A stretch of DNA of 64,000 nt from the NCBI GenBank assembly GCA_043228905.1, contig JBHGNT010000009.1, forward strand, positions 2,542,001 through 2,606,000, read 5' to 3'. Every line of letters begins with the position of its first letter. Within the stretch, counting starts at the first letter, position 1. A program made the position numbers and the translations under genes. The DNA is from Azolla caroliniana (taxonomy: Eukaryota; Plantae; Polypodiophyta). This document shows, in pieces, positions 48,501 to 59,966 of this stretch. The notes below the pieces were generated by a model. The model was not told the DNA's origin and ran no database searches. It worked only from the letters and a program-made list of their open reading frames with translations.

Positions 48501-51500
48501 TGGACTGAAACATCTGCATTTGAAAAATCTCCAACATGGACTGCTCCAAGATGGAAAGATATCTGAAGGAGAGAATCACCTTTGGTGGCCAGGTGATAAT
48601 GGCCTTTATTTGCCGATGAAAAAGGTAATGAGCTTGATTGACTTGTAACAGGAGAAGGGGTGATGGAGGTAAAGAGAAATGTGATTGTTCTATATTGATG
48701 AGCTGTTGTGGTTGTATTGTCGTTCCTCAACAATTTCTCTCTATCCCTAGAGCTCTCTCTATCAAGAAGAGTCCTAAGCACCCTTGGTATGGCCTTACAA
48801 GAATCTAGGTGTTTGGTTTCCTGTTCAGAGACGGTGATGGCCCCATGTACATGGAAAACTTTTGTTTTGGGGTCAGGCATGATACGCTGAACTATCTTTG
48901 CAGGATCTTATCTCTGCTCGCCCATCCATCTGTTTTTTTACCCTTGCCTTTTTTTTACAGTAAACTTTCATCTTGGCACACAATGCTGACGTATAATTGT
49001 GTCTTGAAATATATGAGAACGGAGGATCCTGATTTTTTAGTCTTTATATCTAATATTTCTATTCCTTTAGCTTGATGGAAAGAACATAGTTGAAAGTTGA
49101 TAGAAAATGCAATAATAGCTTGTTGACAAATATTTCCTAATTTCTTCAGGGACAGAGATGGCCCAATTGATTTGTGGTGGCTGCCATACTCTGCTTATGT
49201 ACGTACGTGGTGCTACGAGTGTGCATTGCTCTTGCTGCCATACAGTTAATCTTGCAATGGAAGGTATACATTTTTTTTTTCAATGTCTACCCTTAATGTG
49301 TTTCTTCTCATTAGAAGTAATTGGAAACCTCTTAGCGAGTTAGTGCTTTATTCAGATCTTGTACTATCCTTAAAAACTATAATAAACAGTCTTAATAGTA
49401 GTGAAATTATTAATCATGATTTCTCTCTATCTTTTCTAGCAAATCAGATGGCACATGTTACATGTGGAGGTTGTGCTACCACACTGATGTATCCATATGG
49501 TGCCCAATCGGTAAAATGTGCGGTTTGTCAGTTTGTCACTGTGATTGGGGTATGTCTTTTGCATCTGTTCGTATTGTCAATTTGGCAGCAATATTTTGTA
49601 CATGATGATATTTGAGGTGTTGTATGATTAAAAAAAAGAAAACAGAGCATGCTGCATCATATATTTGCCGCCATCAAGATGCCAAGTAACAAGTTTCATC
49701 TCTCATTCTTGTCTTCTGGATTTATTACGATGACATTTGTGAAAATTGTCCACTTAGATTTTTTAGTATATGAGGTCAGCTGTTCTACAAGTATTATAAA
49801 CTGTCACAGTTATAAAATCATTTGATCATTTTCTTATTTCTTCAATCCTTCCAAAAGATTCATAATGGTGTGACATGTTCTATCTTCTGCCTATGTTCCC
49901 AGAGGATTGGAAGGGACATCCTTATTCATCTGTTTTACTCTCTTCTGGGATTGTTTTACCTTGCATATTTTCATTCATTTTATGCCAGTGTTATCTTCTT
50001 TTGCTTGTTTTGTTTCCTTTCCATGTTTAAGTTCAAGTTCATAGCTTGCTCTTATAAGCAACGTGAAGCATCACAAATCCCGTTGGACTAAAACCTGTTT
50101 TAATATACATTAACCGTTTTCATGGTCTGCAATGTGTACAAATAATAACTGCAGAGAAGTCATAACTAGCTTGGTCATCTGGTTGGATGGCGATCCAAAT
50201 TATGTGATAACTTTTATACTTTTTTAACTGTATTTTATTCTGTTTCCTCAGCCAGCTGAACCACTTGTAAGAAGTATGATACAAGTTGACAATACTTACG
50301 ACTCCCATCGTGTCGTGTCTCTATATCCAAACAATCTTTGAAAGGAACTAAGATGTATTTCCCTGAGAACCTATTTGTGACAAGGCAAGGGGCACAAGTT
50401 GACAAAATGCAACATGGAAAAACAGATTATGAGCACTGAGGCCATTAAAAAAGGAGTAGTTTGGCTTTAGTAGTATGAGATGGAGGGATTGAAATTCCTT
50501 CAGATCTTCAGAATATTCTACATACATGTCAAACATTATCTCTTTGTTAAAACAAGATAGATATACCTAAATTACACATTTGAATGGCAGTGAGAAAACA
50601 ACAGTAGCTAACGTATAGGTGATTCCTCTTAGTGAGCCCATATTTGTAGGGTAAGAAATTTATTTTCACATTGCACAATCTAACAACGATAGATAACTGC
50701 TTAAAATTTCAACTTCATGTTATAAAACTCATGGAGTAAACATGAAGCTGCCTCAGTAATAAAGGTGACAATTTTCTTCCAGAACTTCACCAAATTGCTG
50801 TTATAAATAAAGCCCAATCTATAGAACCTTTGTTAATGATTGCTTATGATTGGTAGATTTATGTACTTAATTGTGAAATTAAGGTGTAGAGTTGATGTAA
50901 TTCTCGCACAGTAGTCAGGGATACTTTTTAAGATTTGTAGACCTTTGGGCCATTACATCAGGGAAGTTGATTTTTTGAAGAGCTTTTGAATGAACTTGCT
51001 GTAGTTTGCAGAAAAGAAAAACGTTTATTTATGATTTACAGATGAATAATGCGAGAATGCCACTACCTGCTCAGCGAGCTCCTTTAAATTACTCATCTTC
51101 ACAGCCAGCACCTTCTCAACCACCACAGGTACAATGTTATTTTCCATGTATCATCTATTGTCAAAGAGTGCATTAATGAGAAATACCTCAGCAATGTTTT
51201 TATAATAGTTGGCCATTTCATTATAGTGGTCATTTCCTTATAGTGGGTTATTTTCATATAGTGGTCCATTTTTGTATAGTGAGCCATTTTGTTATAACAG
51301 GCCATTTCCGTATATTTGCTCGTTTTGCTTTTTGTGGCCATTTTTTGATAGTGGTCATTTCATTTTTGTTGTTTCAAGTTTTAATGCTCATGATGAATTA
51401 TGGAAGCTTGACTAATGTAGAAAGTCTTTTGTTCTTCGCGTCTGACCTGAACTCTGCAGCCTACTCACACGCATACGGTGGTTGTGGAAAATCCAATGAC

Positions 51501-51675
51501 ATTAGATGAGAGTGGGAAACTGGTAAACCTCCGCATTATATAATCCAATTAAACTTTTTCTAGTTGATAAAAGATTAAAAGAGTTTTGAGAGTGTTTCTT
51601 TAACCTTAACAAAATCCAACAATATTTTGGCAGGTGAATAATGTGGCAGTTGGAGTGACGACGGAAAGGAAATGA
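42548..51675 (+). CDS. LSD1: LSD1/LOL1-family zinc-finger protein (3 zf-LSD1); exons 42548-42608, 42747-42860, 49150-49263, 49440-49549, 51042-51128, 51460-51522, 51634-51675
   Basis: Three CxxCxxxLxYxxGAxxVxCxxC fingers ([22 protein letters not shown]; [22 protein letters not shown]; [22 protein letters not shown]) and C-terminal [26 protein letters not shown]. Splice phases are consistent. Confidence 0.9.
43500..45100 (-). mobile_element. Highly degraded LINE remnant (intronic)
   Basis: [10 protein letters not shown] (APE GDFN-like) near 44720 and VGFKKA (DFKKAFD-like) near 44320; boundaries are approximate. Confidence 0.35.
46270..47790 (-). mobile_element. Degraded LINE RT and C-terminal fragment (intronic)
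   Basis: [27 protein letters not shown] (YADD-like), [18 protein letters not shown]; multiple stops and frameshifts. Confidence 0.7.
51200..51365 (+). repeat. About 20-bp degenerate minisatellite (TATAGTGGCCATTT-like) in LSD1 intron 5
   Basis: About 7 visible degenerate units. Confidence 0.7.
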
Positions 51676-54123
51676 AAATTTCCACCTGAGAAGTGCTCGT
51701 GAAGTATATATTCAGTACCATGGATCGGCAGTTGTGGAAATTTTGAGCCTTCCAATGATATATAGATATATATAATGTCAGCGAATCATAGTTCTTCTCG
51801 TAAAGCTATGAAGACATCCAATGGTAGTGGCCTTTTGGTTTGTTTCTTCTCTTGATAATTATATTTCCACAAAAAATAAGAAAATAAAAAACTTTGCACA
51901 AAATTATATAATAGAGCCTTATGAACTTTATTTATGAAGAAATTGATTGCCCATAGATACTTGATCCGTGGTATAATATGATATTTGACATGCATTAAAT
52001 GTTTGGTTGGCTTTTGTTCTTTCTTTTTTCACCTGTAAATCAGCCAGAATATATGTATATGGCATTCTTTGAATGAAAATTTTCATTGCTGTATGATTAG
52101 TGTTAATACATTGGTATTATAGCTATGTTAATTTGGGAGCAACAAGGACAATGGAAGAAAAGCTCTCTTTATGCATTTGCTAATGTGCTAGAGTTTCCAC
52201 ACTCGATTCAAATTTTGAACTACTGATATTTCAAGGAATGTATCATAGTTTTTATTTATATCATGATTGATATGTTTTGTACATCATATATTTAGTATGT
52301 GTCCGTGTATAGATATATCCTTATGTTTTAACAGTCCCAAATTGAGAAAGTCTAAATTTTCTGGATTCATTCTGGAAGGTTCCCATTATTAAATTGCAAA
52401 GAAAAAAGCAATTGTTCATTATAGCATATATTATTTTACATTGATACTGCTATACGTAGTTTAGAACAGGTTAAAGCCAATGTATATTAAAAAAGTACTC
52501 GATTTCGGATTATGTTACATTCTTTTTCATCATGGTTGTAGTAAGAGTAAAGTATACAAAATATCATTGTCTCTTCACCTTTCTGGTAATCTTGATAATA
52601 AGAATATTAAAGTGCGTATTATTGAGTGGTATACTAATTGTAATTCTTTTTGTAAAGCTATTGTTTGGCTCAAAGCTGCATGTACCGACATTATGTAATC
52701 CTTTGGTTGAAAGTTAATAAGAATGTCTCATCTATTTATTAGTGATGGTACTATCTACTAGTTAAGACTGTTTTCACAGGATAATACTTGCTAAATCACA
52801 TTATGTAAGCCTTGTATTTATGTATGTGACTGAAGAGTACTTGTACATCATCGTGTGTTATGAGTTGGAGTGGATAAACATTTTGTTCTATTAATAAATA
52901 AGCACACTATATAGAATACTTGAAAAGCGAAAATGTGTCTTTATAGGATCTTTGGTGGCACATCTCTTTTGTTTGTCCACCCGTAATGCAACATGCAAGA
53001 AGCTTTGTTTGTATTCTTTGGGTCAACTATTGTACACCAACATGGATTTCCATATGAGAATTGTATCAAATCTATCTCCGTGCTTGTACCCATTTGTATA
53101 ACTGTAGTGCAAATATTGCATTCTATTAATCTATACACCGGCAAGTGAGCATGGAATGAATCATTGTGTATACATGTGTAATGAGGTCTTGCTCTAGTTA
53201 TATGTTCTATTTGATCACACCATAGACTTGAATTTAAGTGTTCTAAGCAATAAACCATGCATTGTACTATGTCTTTCTCTGTTAACGCGCATTGGAGCTA
53301 CAATTGACTTGGTTCAAATCTGACAAAGTATAGGGTTTATCAGATGGCCATTTTTAACTGGCTTGCAAAGCTACATATGTATGCATGGGCTTGGAATACC
53401 TGAGTTTTTCTCTACTTCCCCAGCCACTAATCGTCCTCCTTTTTGAGAGCAATTACCCTGCAAGATCATCCCCAGGGGCTGCTGTTTTGATTGACTAAGG
53501 GCATTTCTGGAGATAATGAAAACTTAGGAGTCTTGGCTGCAAAGAGAAAGATGGGATTGTTTTTTGGTGTCTTTTCTGACGCTCCACAGGAATCCAATAG
53601 GTCCCTGCATGAGGAATGACGCTATGGTGGATGCCTTCATGAGAAGCAATAGAGCATCTCTCTGTTCTTTGCTATCTTTCTACGTTTTGTAAGAGATGGA
53701 AAAAGATAGAGAGAAAGAAAGTCCGTCATCACATTGTTTTCGTACATTTGATCAACATAGCTTCTGTGTGTCGTTTATTCCTATCTGTTGTATGGGTCTC
53801 TTTAAGCTCTCTGATCTCTGTTGGAATTAGGGTTTTGTAATAAGCAAGTTATCCTTTTGGTTTGATTTGTGCTTTGCGCTCTTTGTTAACCATGGCATCT
53901 TTAATGAGACTTTCTATGGCAATTATTCTATCATGATGGCCTTTATAGAAGAAGAAAAAGGCGGGGATTTTTTTGCATATCAGGCCAGATCTTCTCTCCT
54001 GATTCATCAAATAAGGCATCAGAAAACTCAACTGTAAAAACTGCCAAATCCCTATAAAAAACCACAACCTAGCTGAAGAAATTGTCAAAAGTAAATTGGT
54101 GTTGATTGATTTAGGCCTTTGTA

Positions 54124-57100
54124 ATGTCGACGGAAAACAAAAATGACCAGCCCACAATAAATACATCTAACTTGAATGCCGGATCAGATCCCAGTAAAAG
54201 CGCGACAAGGTGTGTAATATCATTGTGGCCTATATGGGTTTGTTCTTGAAAAACTGTCTGGATTTTGGATTGGGATTAATGTGTGATTTGTGTGCATTTG
54301 TGTTTCAAAAACTCATGAATTTTATCACAGTCTGGTAAGTGTCCACACTTTTAACCTATGTGCTAGAAACATTCTATGAAACGTATTGATATTCCGTGTG
54401 GGGTCATTTCCTCGCCGATTTTGGCTTCAGATAATTAATTCCCTTATGGTTGAAACGATATGCTTTACTCCATTAACACTAATAATGCATCAGAGCTCTC
54501 CATGAAATTATCTGGATTCTGAAATCTGATTATGGCTTATCCGTGTCTGATCCGCGTGCAATTTTTCGTAAAAATATGTTCTCTTTTGGATTTGAGATTA
54601 TATCTCATATTTGTGAGGCATGTGCATTTGTGGTTAATCTGATATTCATTGCAAATTGAAGTTCCAGAATGCTGCAAAACTATACAGAGCATATTTAATT
54701 ACACGAGGCCTTTGGAGATCCATGATCATTATGGTCCTCAAGTAATCATGAATTACGAATTGAGATTATATGCTTGTATTTGTGGAACCTATCTGCATTT
54801 GTGCTCTTGAAATGGTGTGTAACGTTGTGAACTTTTGCCTTTGTTCATCTTAACATTAGTTATTTTCACCAAATAAGAATCACCAACGTCAATTACCTTT
54901 TAACTATCTGATCTGCTTCTCCATTTTATAGTTTTATTTTTAAATGTCTAATTCTCCGGAAGAACCAATGGTAGGAACAGCTTTTAAAGACCATTCATTA
55001 GGATAATATCATTTGAACTACGATATCATTACACAAATGAAACTATAAATGATATTATCCTAATGAATGGTCTTTAAAAGCTGGTCCTAACATTTCAATG
55101 CCTTCTCCTAAGACATTTGATCAGAGCATTAGGATGATGTGGTCCGATTTATCAATATGTTTGTTCTCTCGACATTTTCTGATTGAAATGTTTGATGCGC
55201 TAAGACAGCCAGTAGCAAAAAACAACTTTTAACTACGTTCATCAGGACATTAGAATGATGACAATTGGATTGATGTAATATGCTTATTTATTACAAGCTT
55301 TCCGATTTGGAATGTGTGATCCTGCACGAGAATCAAAACAGAAAACAAATACTTAAGTTAATCAAAGCACTTGAATGGTGCCATTCAACATATATGACAC
55401 TATGCTTAACCCATTGCGAATTTTATCTATAGAAATGATGAAAAACTGGTGTTAAAAAATCGTGTTTGCGTTTATTATGATTCTTCCAGCTACTCTGGCT
55501 CAAACCCTCAAAGAAATCCTCAAGCCCAAGGATCACAACCAAACACCACTCCACAACCCGATAAACAAAAAATTACCCCGAACACCCAAACACTGAGTAA
55601 TGAAGCAAACCCAAGCAATGCTCAAGTCCAAAGTTTGCACACCAATCCACAAGCCGGTGAACAACTGACTACAAACCAAATGCATATAAATTTGGAAAGT
55701 TATTCCCAAAGGCTCCGCTTAGGTGTTATGAAAACCTACCTTGAACAAGTAGAGTCTCGTGATAAGATTTGTCGTGCCATTCAATATGGTTCTAAGTTCA
55801 TTAGTGGTGGAGAAGCTGGGGTGGCACATGAGATCGATGTTTCAACTGGTTTAGCTCGGAAGGTCTTTCGTCTTTTGAAGGTTGGTGGAGTGTTCATGAA
55901 TTCATTTTGATGCTAGAAATTTTTAAATAATCTAATCAAAGTCACTTAAGTGATGTTGTGAAACAAAGTTCTTTAAATGTTCAATATAATGATGTAATTG
56001 GGTACATGGTACACAAGTTCACACCAACTCTTTGTTTGGCCATGAGCAAATGCTTACGACTAATTAATCAGATCAATCCAAGTCTTTTCCAAGTTATAAT
56101 GTAAGTAGAGCTTCTTAAATTTTTAGTGGTAATGTCATGTACAAGTCTCGAACCCCCCATCTCTTATTAGGGATCGTTAATTATAATGTGGCATGTCCTT
56201 GTGAAGTTTATACTAGAATGATGAAATGAAAAGATAATAATTTTGTTTTCCCCTATGAATGAGAGATAGGTATAAACATATGTTGTGAATTTTGCAGTCA
56301 ATAAATGAGTTGGAAGCCTTGTCAAAAAGACAACATGAAAGTCTTCCATTGATGTTGGTTGATAAGGTGGGTATGAAATTCAACAAAAACAATATATGGC
56401 TAACCACAACTCGAATGAACTCTAATTCACATGTTTGTGGATTGTAGTCCAACCACATGCTTATGACCATCTATTTTGCGCTTGATAATTTGGTTTGGGC
56501 CGGAAGAGTAGGCATCTACAAGGTTTGTTTCTTCTCTATGAATGTATGTTTTATAATTTATGCCATATAGAATGTAATGTAATTTATTTATGCATATATA
56601 TATGTGTGTGTGTATGTAACTATGTATGCATGACTAGTTTTTAGGTGAAGCTATATGCTAGATCATTAGATTCTACATATAATGTTAACATTGTTGTTTT
56701 GCATGCAGAACAAGCAACACGCAGATTTTTTGGCAAATCTATCTTTATACTTTTTCTTGGGAGGGAGTGCATGCAATTCGTTAATTGAGGTGCCAACATC
56801 TTTTCCCTTTTGTATCACTTCTATCATGTTATAGCTTGATATCAACGGGGTTGCCATTCCACGTGATCGATCTCAATGTTGTATTGGCATAGTTCCATAG
56901 GGTTAAATTTTAACTTGGGTCATATTTACTTTTCAGCTGCATAAATTGGCCTCACATGCACAAGAATATAAAAAATCGGTAAGTTCACAAAAAAGGATCA
57001 ATACATATATAGATAAATAAATACACGATAGATACATGGACTGATTGATTGCTCTATATATTATAGGTGGCACATAAGAAGAAGGTTCATGAAAGTGCAC

Positions 57101-57395
57101 TAAGTCTCCTTAAGTCCTCTATGGATGTTGTTGTTGCAATTGGACTCCTCCACTTGGCTAAAAAGAGGGTAACTCCAAGAATAACCGGAGCATGTGGATT
57201 TGTCTCATCCTTGATCACATGCTATGAGGTACCCTAGCTCACAAAATTTACAAAAGTTAACTTTAGTGTTACCAATGGTAATGTCCTCCTTTTAGTTATG
57301 TGTTTTTGACTTAATTGTTTTATAAACCCTTTTCATTTATGCAGTTATTCCAATCGGCATCTCATGAACATGCACTAAAGAGCCACGTACTTTAA
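54124..57395 (+). CDS. PEX11: Peroxisomal membrane protein PEX11 (PEX11c/d/e-like); exons 54124-54209, 55490-55880, 56298-56366, 56448-56522, 56709-56789, 56937-56978, 57067-57228, 57345-57395
   Basis: YLEQVESRDKICRAIQYGSKFISGG..STGLARKVFRLLK..LDNLVWAGRVGIYKNK..LSLLKSSMDVVVAIGLLHLAKKRVTPRITGACGFVSSLITCYEL. The core is certain; exon 1 is inferred from phase match (alternative start ATG 55680). Confidence 0.85.
54972..55089. repeat. Near-perfect inverted repeat (43-bp arms) in PEX11 intron 1
   Basis: TAGGAACAGCTTTTAAAGACCATTCATTAGGATAATATCATTT pairs with AAATGATATTATCCTAATGAATGGTCTTTAAAAGCTGGTCCTA (1 mismatch). Confidence 0.88.
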
Positions 57396-58129
57396 AGCGT
57401 GGCCATTTGCTCATAAATGTTAAACCCATAAAATAGGATTACAAAGATGATTTTCGTTGTAACTCTAGGAAATGATAATGCTATCCTTGTAATATGACAC
57501 GAGGAAAAAAAAACAATGTTTATGTAGTAATGAATCTATATGATTTGTAAATATAAGCCTATCAACCTAATTGACACACAAGAAATAAAATTTCTATTCC
57601 GTCATCTTATTTGCGCATAAGTTTGGTGTAGACTAGTGATCAATTGTATGTTTGCTCACACTCTTTTATTTTGTTAGCAAATCAAAGTTAACATTGTGGT
57701 TTTGGACCATTTCCGGAACAGTTTTTTAGCATGGATGATTTCCTCTTATCAATAAACGAGTGTAAGATTACTAACCTAAAATGGTACAACTAGTTGGCCC
57801 ATGTCATAGTTTATGGATATAAGGAAATCAACCATGCGAAACAACAAAATGTAGGGAATGCTCATGACTTAGTGAAAAAGCGTTTAGGGTTTTCACAACT
57901 AGTTGGAGCACTTTTTCATGAAGCCATGGGTATTCAACCCTACATCTTAATTTTTAAAAACAAGCATATTTCAAGTGTGACTATATATATCTTTGATTGC
58001 TTTACGCACCAGAAAAAGCTTGTAAAATAGCCCGTTACGGTCTACCAAAAAACACGACACATAAAGATGATGGTGGGCAGAATGTAAGAGAATTGCTTGT
58101 CCTTCCCATACCACCTGCTTGTCCTTACG

Positions 58130-58442
58130 GGCATGTCCAACCCTGAACACTAAACCTAAACCCTAAACCCCCAAAACCCAAAACCCAAAACCCAAAACCT
58201 AAACCTCGTCTCGTCATGTCCAACCCCGAACACTAAACCTAAACCCCAAACCCCAAACCCCAAGCCTAAACCTAAACCCCGTCCCATCATGTCCAAGTTT
58301 CCAACCCCAAACACTAAACCTAAAACCTAAACCCCGTCCCGTCATGTCCAACCCCGAACACTAAACCTAAACCCCCTAACCCTAAACCTAAACCCCGCAC
58401 CGTCACGTCCAACCCCGAACACTAAACCTAAACCCCGTCCCA
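58130..58442 (+). repeat. Telomere-like minisatellite (CATGTCCAACCCCGAACACTAAACCTAAACCCC..)x5 with CCCTAAA/CCCCAAA variants
   Basis: Five variable-length units, each starting GTCCAA(CCC) and containing TAAACCTAAACCC. Confidence 0.85.
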
Positions 58443-58519
58443 TCCTTTCCTGAGTTCTTGTTGTTAGTTGTCCCCCCCCCCCCCAACCCAACCCAACCAA
58501 GCAACCAACCCTAAAATAA

Positions 58520-58620
58520 AAGAAGAGGGCCCACAAAACTCTCTCTCTCTCTCTCTACACTATGTAACTAACTACTTACTCATCACTCAGTATTAGGGTT
58601 TCTATAAAACCCTAATTTCT
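58520..58620 (+). promoter_or_regulatory. Site II-like motif and telo-boxes upstream of PPR gene
   Basis: GGGCCCA near 58527, TAGGGTTT near 58594, AAACCCTAA near 58607, and a (CT)n tract. Confidence 0.5.
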
Positions 58621-58718
58621 CCTGTGTCTGTTCCCTGCGTAAACCCCCCACCGTAAGCAGAACAGACAGACAGACAGACTGAAAGAGAGAGAGACAGAGT
58701 TACCCTCTCATCCCATCC

Positions 58719-59966
58719 ATGTCTATGGCGACCACCGCCACTGTCTCCAGATGGCGTATCCTCGAGTCCATCAGAAGGAGACGACAGATCGTAGCCCATG
58801 CCCATCGCCAACAACAGAAAACCGCAGAGCAAACTATCCCCCGCGATCCCCTCCCTTCCTCCTCCGCTGCAGATCTCTACGATGAATCCCTCTTCTCCCA
58901 AAACCCTAACCTGGCTTTTAACCCCACCCCTAACCCTAGCTTCGATGATCTCTCTCCCACTGTTCGAGAAGCCCTTTCTCTTCTACAATTCAAACCTCTC
59001 CCGGTCGCCCTCTCCGAAGCCGATTTCTCGCCTTCTCCTCAAAATCTATGCTCCCTCATCGACAATCTTGTGATCGACAAACCGATCCTCGCACTTCAAA
59101 CTTTATTGTGGACTCTGAAAAACCCTAATTTCGATCCATCTTCATTGTCATCGATTAACCTTGGCAGCCGTGTATCTCCCCTGCTACCGCCGCCAAGACC
59201 ACCATCTGTCGATCAATTCCTCGTTGATATTCACTCTTTTTGGAACAATCCATCTCTTCCCCTTCCGCCACATCTTCTCGATCCCCTCCTCTCTCTATAT
59301 TGCCATGCGTCTCACACTTTCGAAGAAACTCTGGAAGCTTTTGAGCTCTTGATCTCTAAAGGAGCAAAACCTGGTATCCAGCACTACAACAAAGTGCTCA
59401 AATCGGCGGTCAGCAAACAGCATCATCATCATCAACAATACCAAAATCAACAACAACAAGAAGATGATAAAGATAAAAGCCAGCTAATTCACGACCTCGA
59501 GAAAGCCCAACAGCTTTTTAACCGAATGCGAAGGTCGGGTGCTCCGGCCCCAGATATAATCTCATACAATATCTTAATCTATGGTTATGGTATGTCAGGG
59601 AATTCGATCGAGGCTGTTCATTTGTTTGATGAGATGACCACCTCAGGGTTCCCACCCAACGAGTCAACCTATAGTAGCCTTATTTCTGGCCTTGTGAAGA
59701 CAGAGTCTCTTGACAGGGCATCTCAGCTCTTGCAAGAGATGAAGTATAACGGTCACCGCCCAACTTCTGAGACTTATTCTTTGCTTCTACGAGGTCTTTG
59801 TGCAAAAGGGAACCATAACTTCGCGTCTTCTTTGCTCAAGGAAATGCGAGGTCAAGGCCAAGAGTTGGATGACTTGACTTTTAATGCGCTGTTGGGCTCT
59901 CTTTCCAGGTCTCTTGATATCAATGAAGATGAAGCCCGGAAACTTTTGGAAGGAGATGCCATGTAA
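58719..59966 (+). CDS. P-class pentatricopeptide repeat protein, 415 aa, single exon, probably organelle-targeted
   Basis: Tandem 35-aa repeats IISYNILIYGYGMSGNSIEAVHLFDEMTTSGFPPN / ESTYSSLISGLVKTESLDRASQLLQEMKYNGHRPT / SETYSLLLRGLCAKGNHNFASSLLKEMRGQGQELD; Arg/Ser/Thr-rich N-terminus. Confidence 0.9.
   Translation: MSMATTATVSRWRILESIRRRRQIVAHAHRQQQKTAEQTIPRDPLPSSSAADLYDESLFSQNPNLAFNPTPNPSFDDLSPTVREALSLLQFKPLPVALSEADFSPSPQNLCSLIDNLVIDKPILALQTLLWTLKNPNFDPSSLSSINLGSRVSPLLPPPRPPSVDQFLVDIHSFWNNPSLPLPPHLLDPLLSLYCHASHTFEETLEAFELLISKGAKPGIQHYNKVLKSAVSKQHHHHQQYQNQQQQEDDKDKSQLIHDLEKAQQLFNRMRRSGAPAPDIISYNILIYGYGMSGNSIEAVHLFDEMTTSGFPPNESTYSSLISGLVKTESLDRASQLLQEMKYNGHRPTSETYSLLLRGLCAKGNHNFASSLLKEMRGQGQELDDLTFNALLGSLSRSLDINEDEARKLLEGDAM

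Noticed and set aside
58130-58442. True telomere or chromosome-fusion site
   Set aside because: There are few perfect CCCTAAA units, they are interspersed with a complex head motif, and they are not head-to-head.
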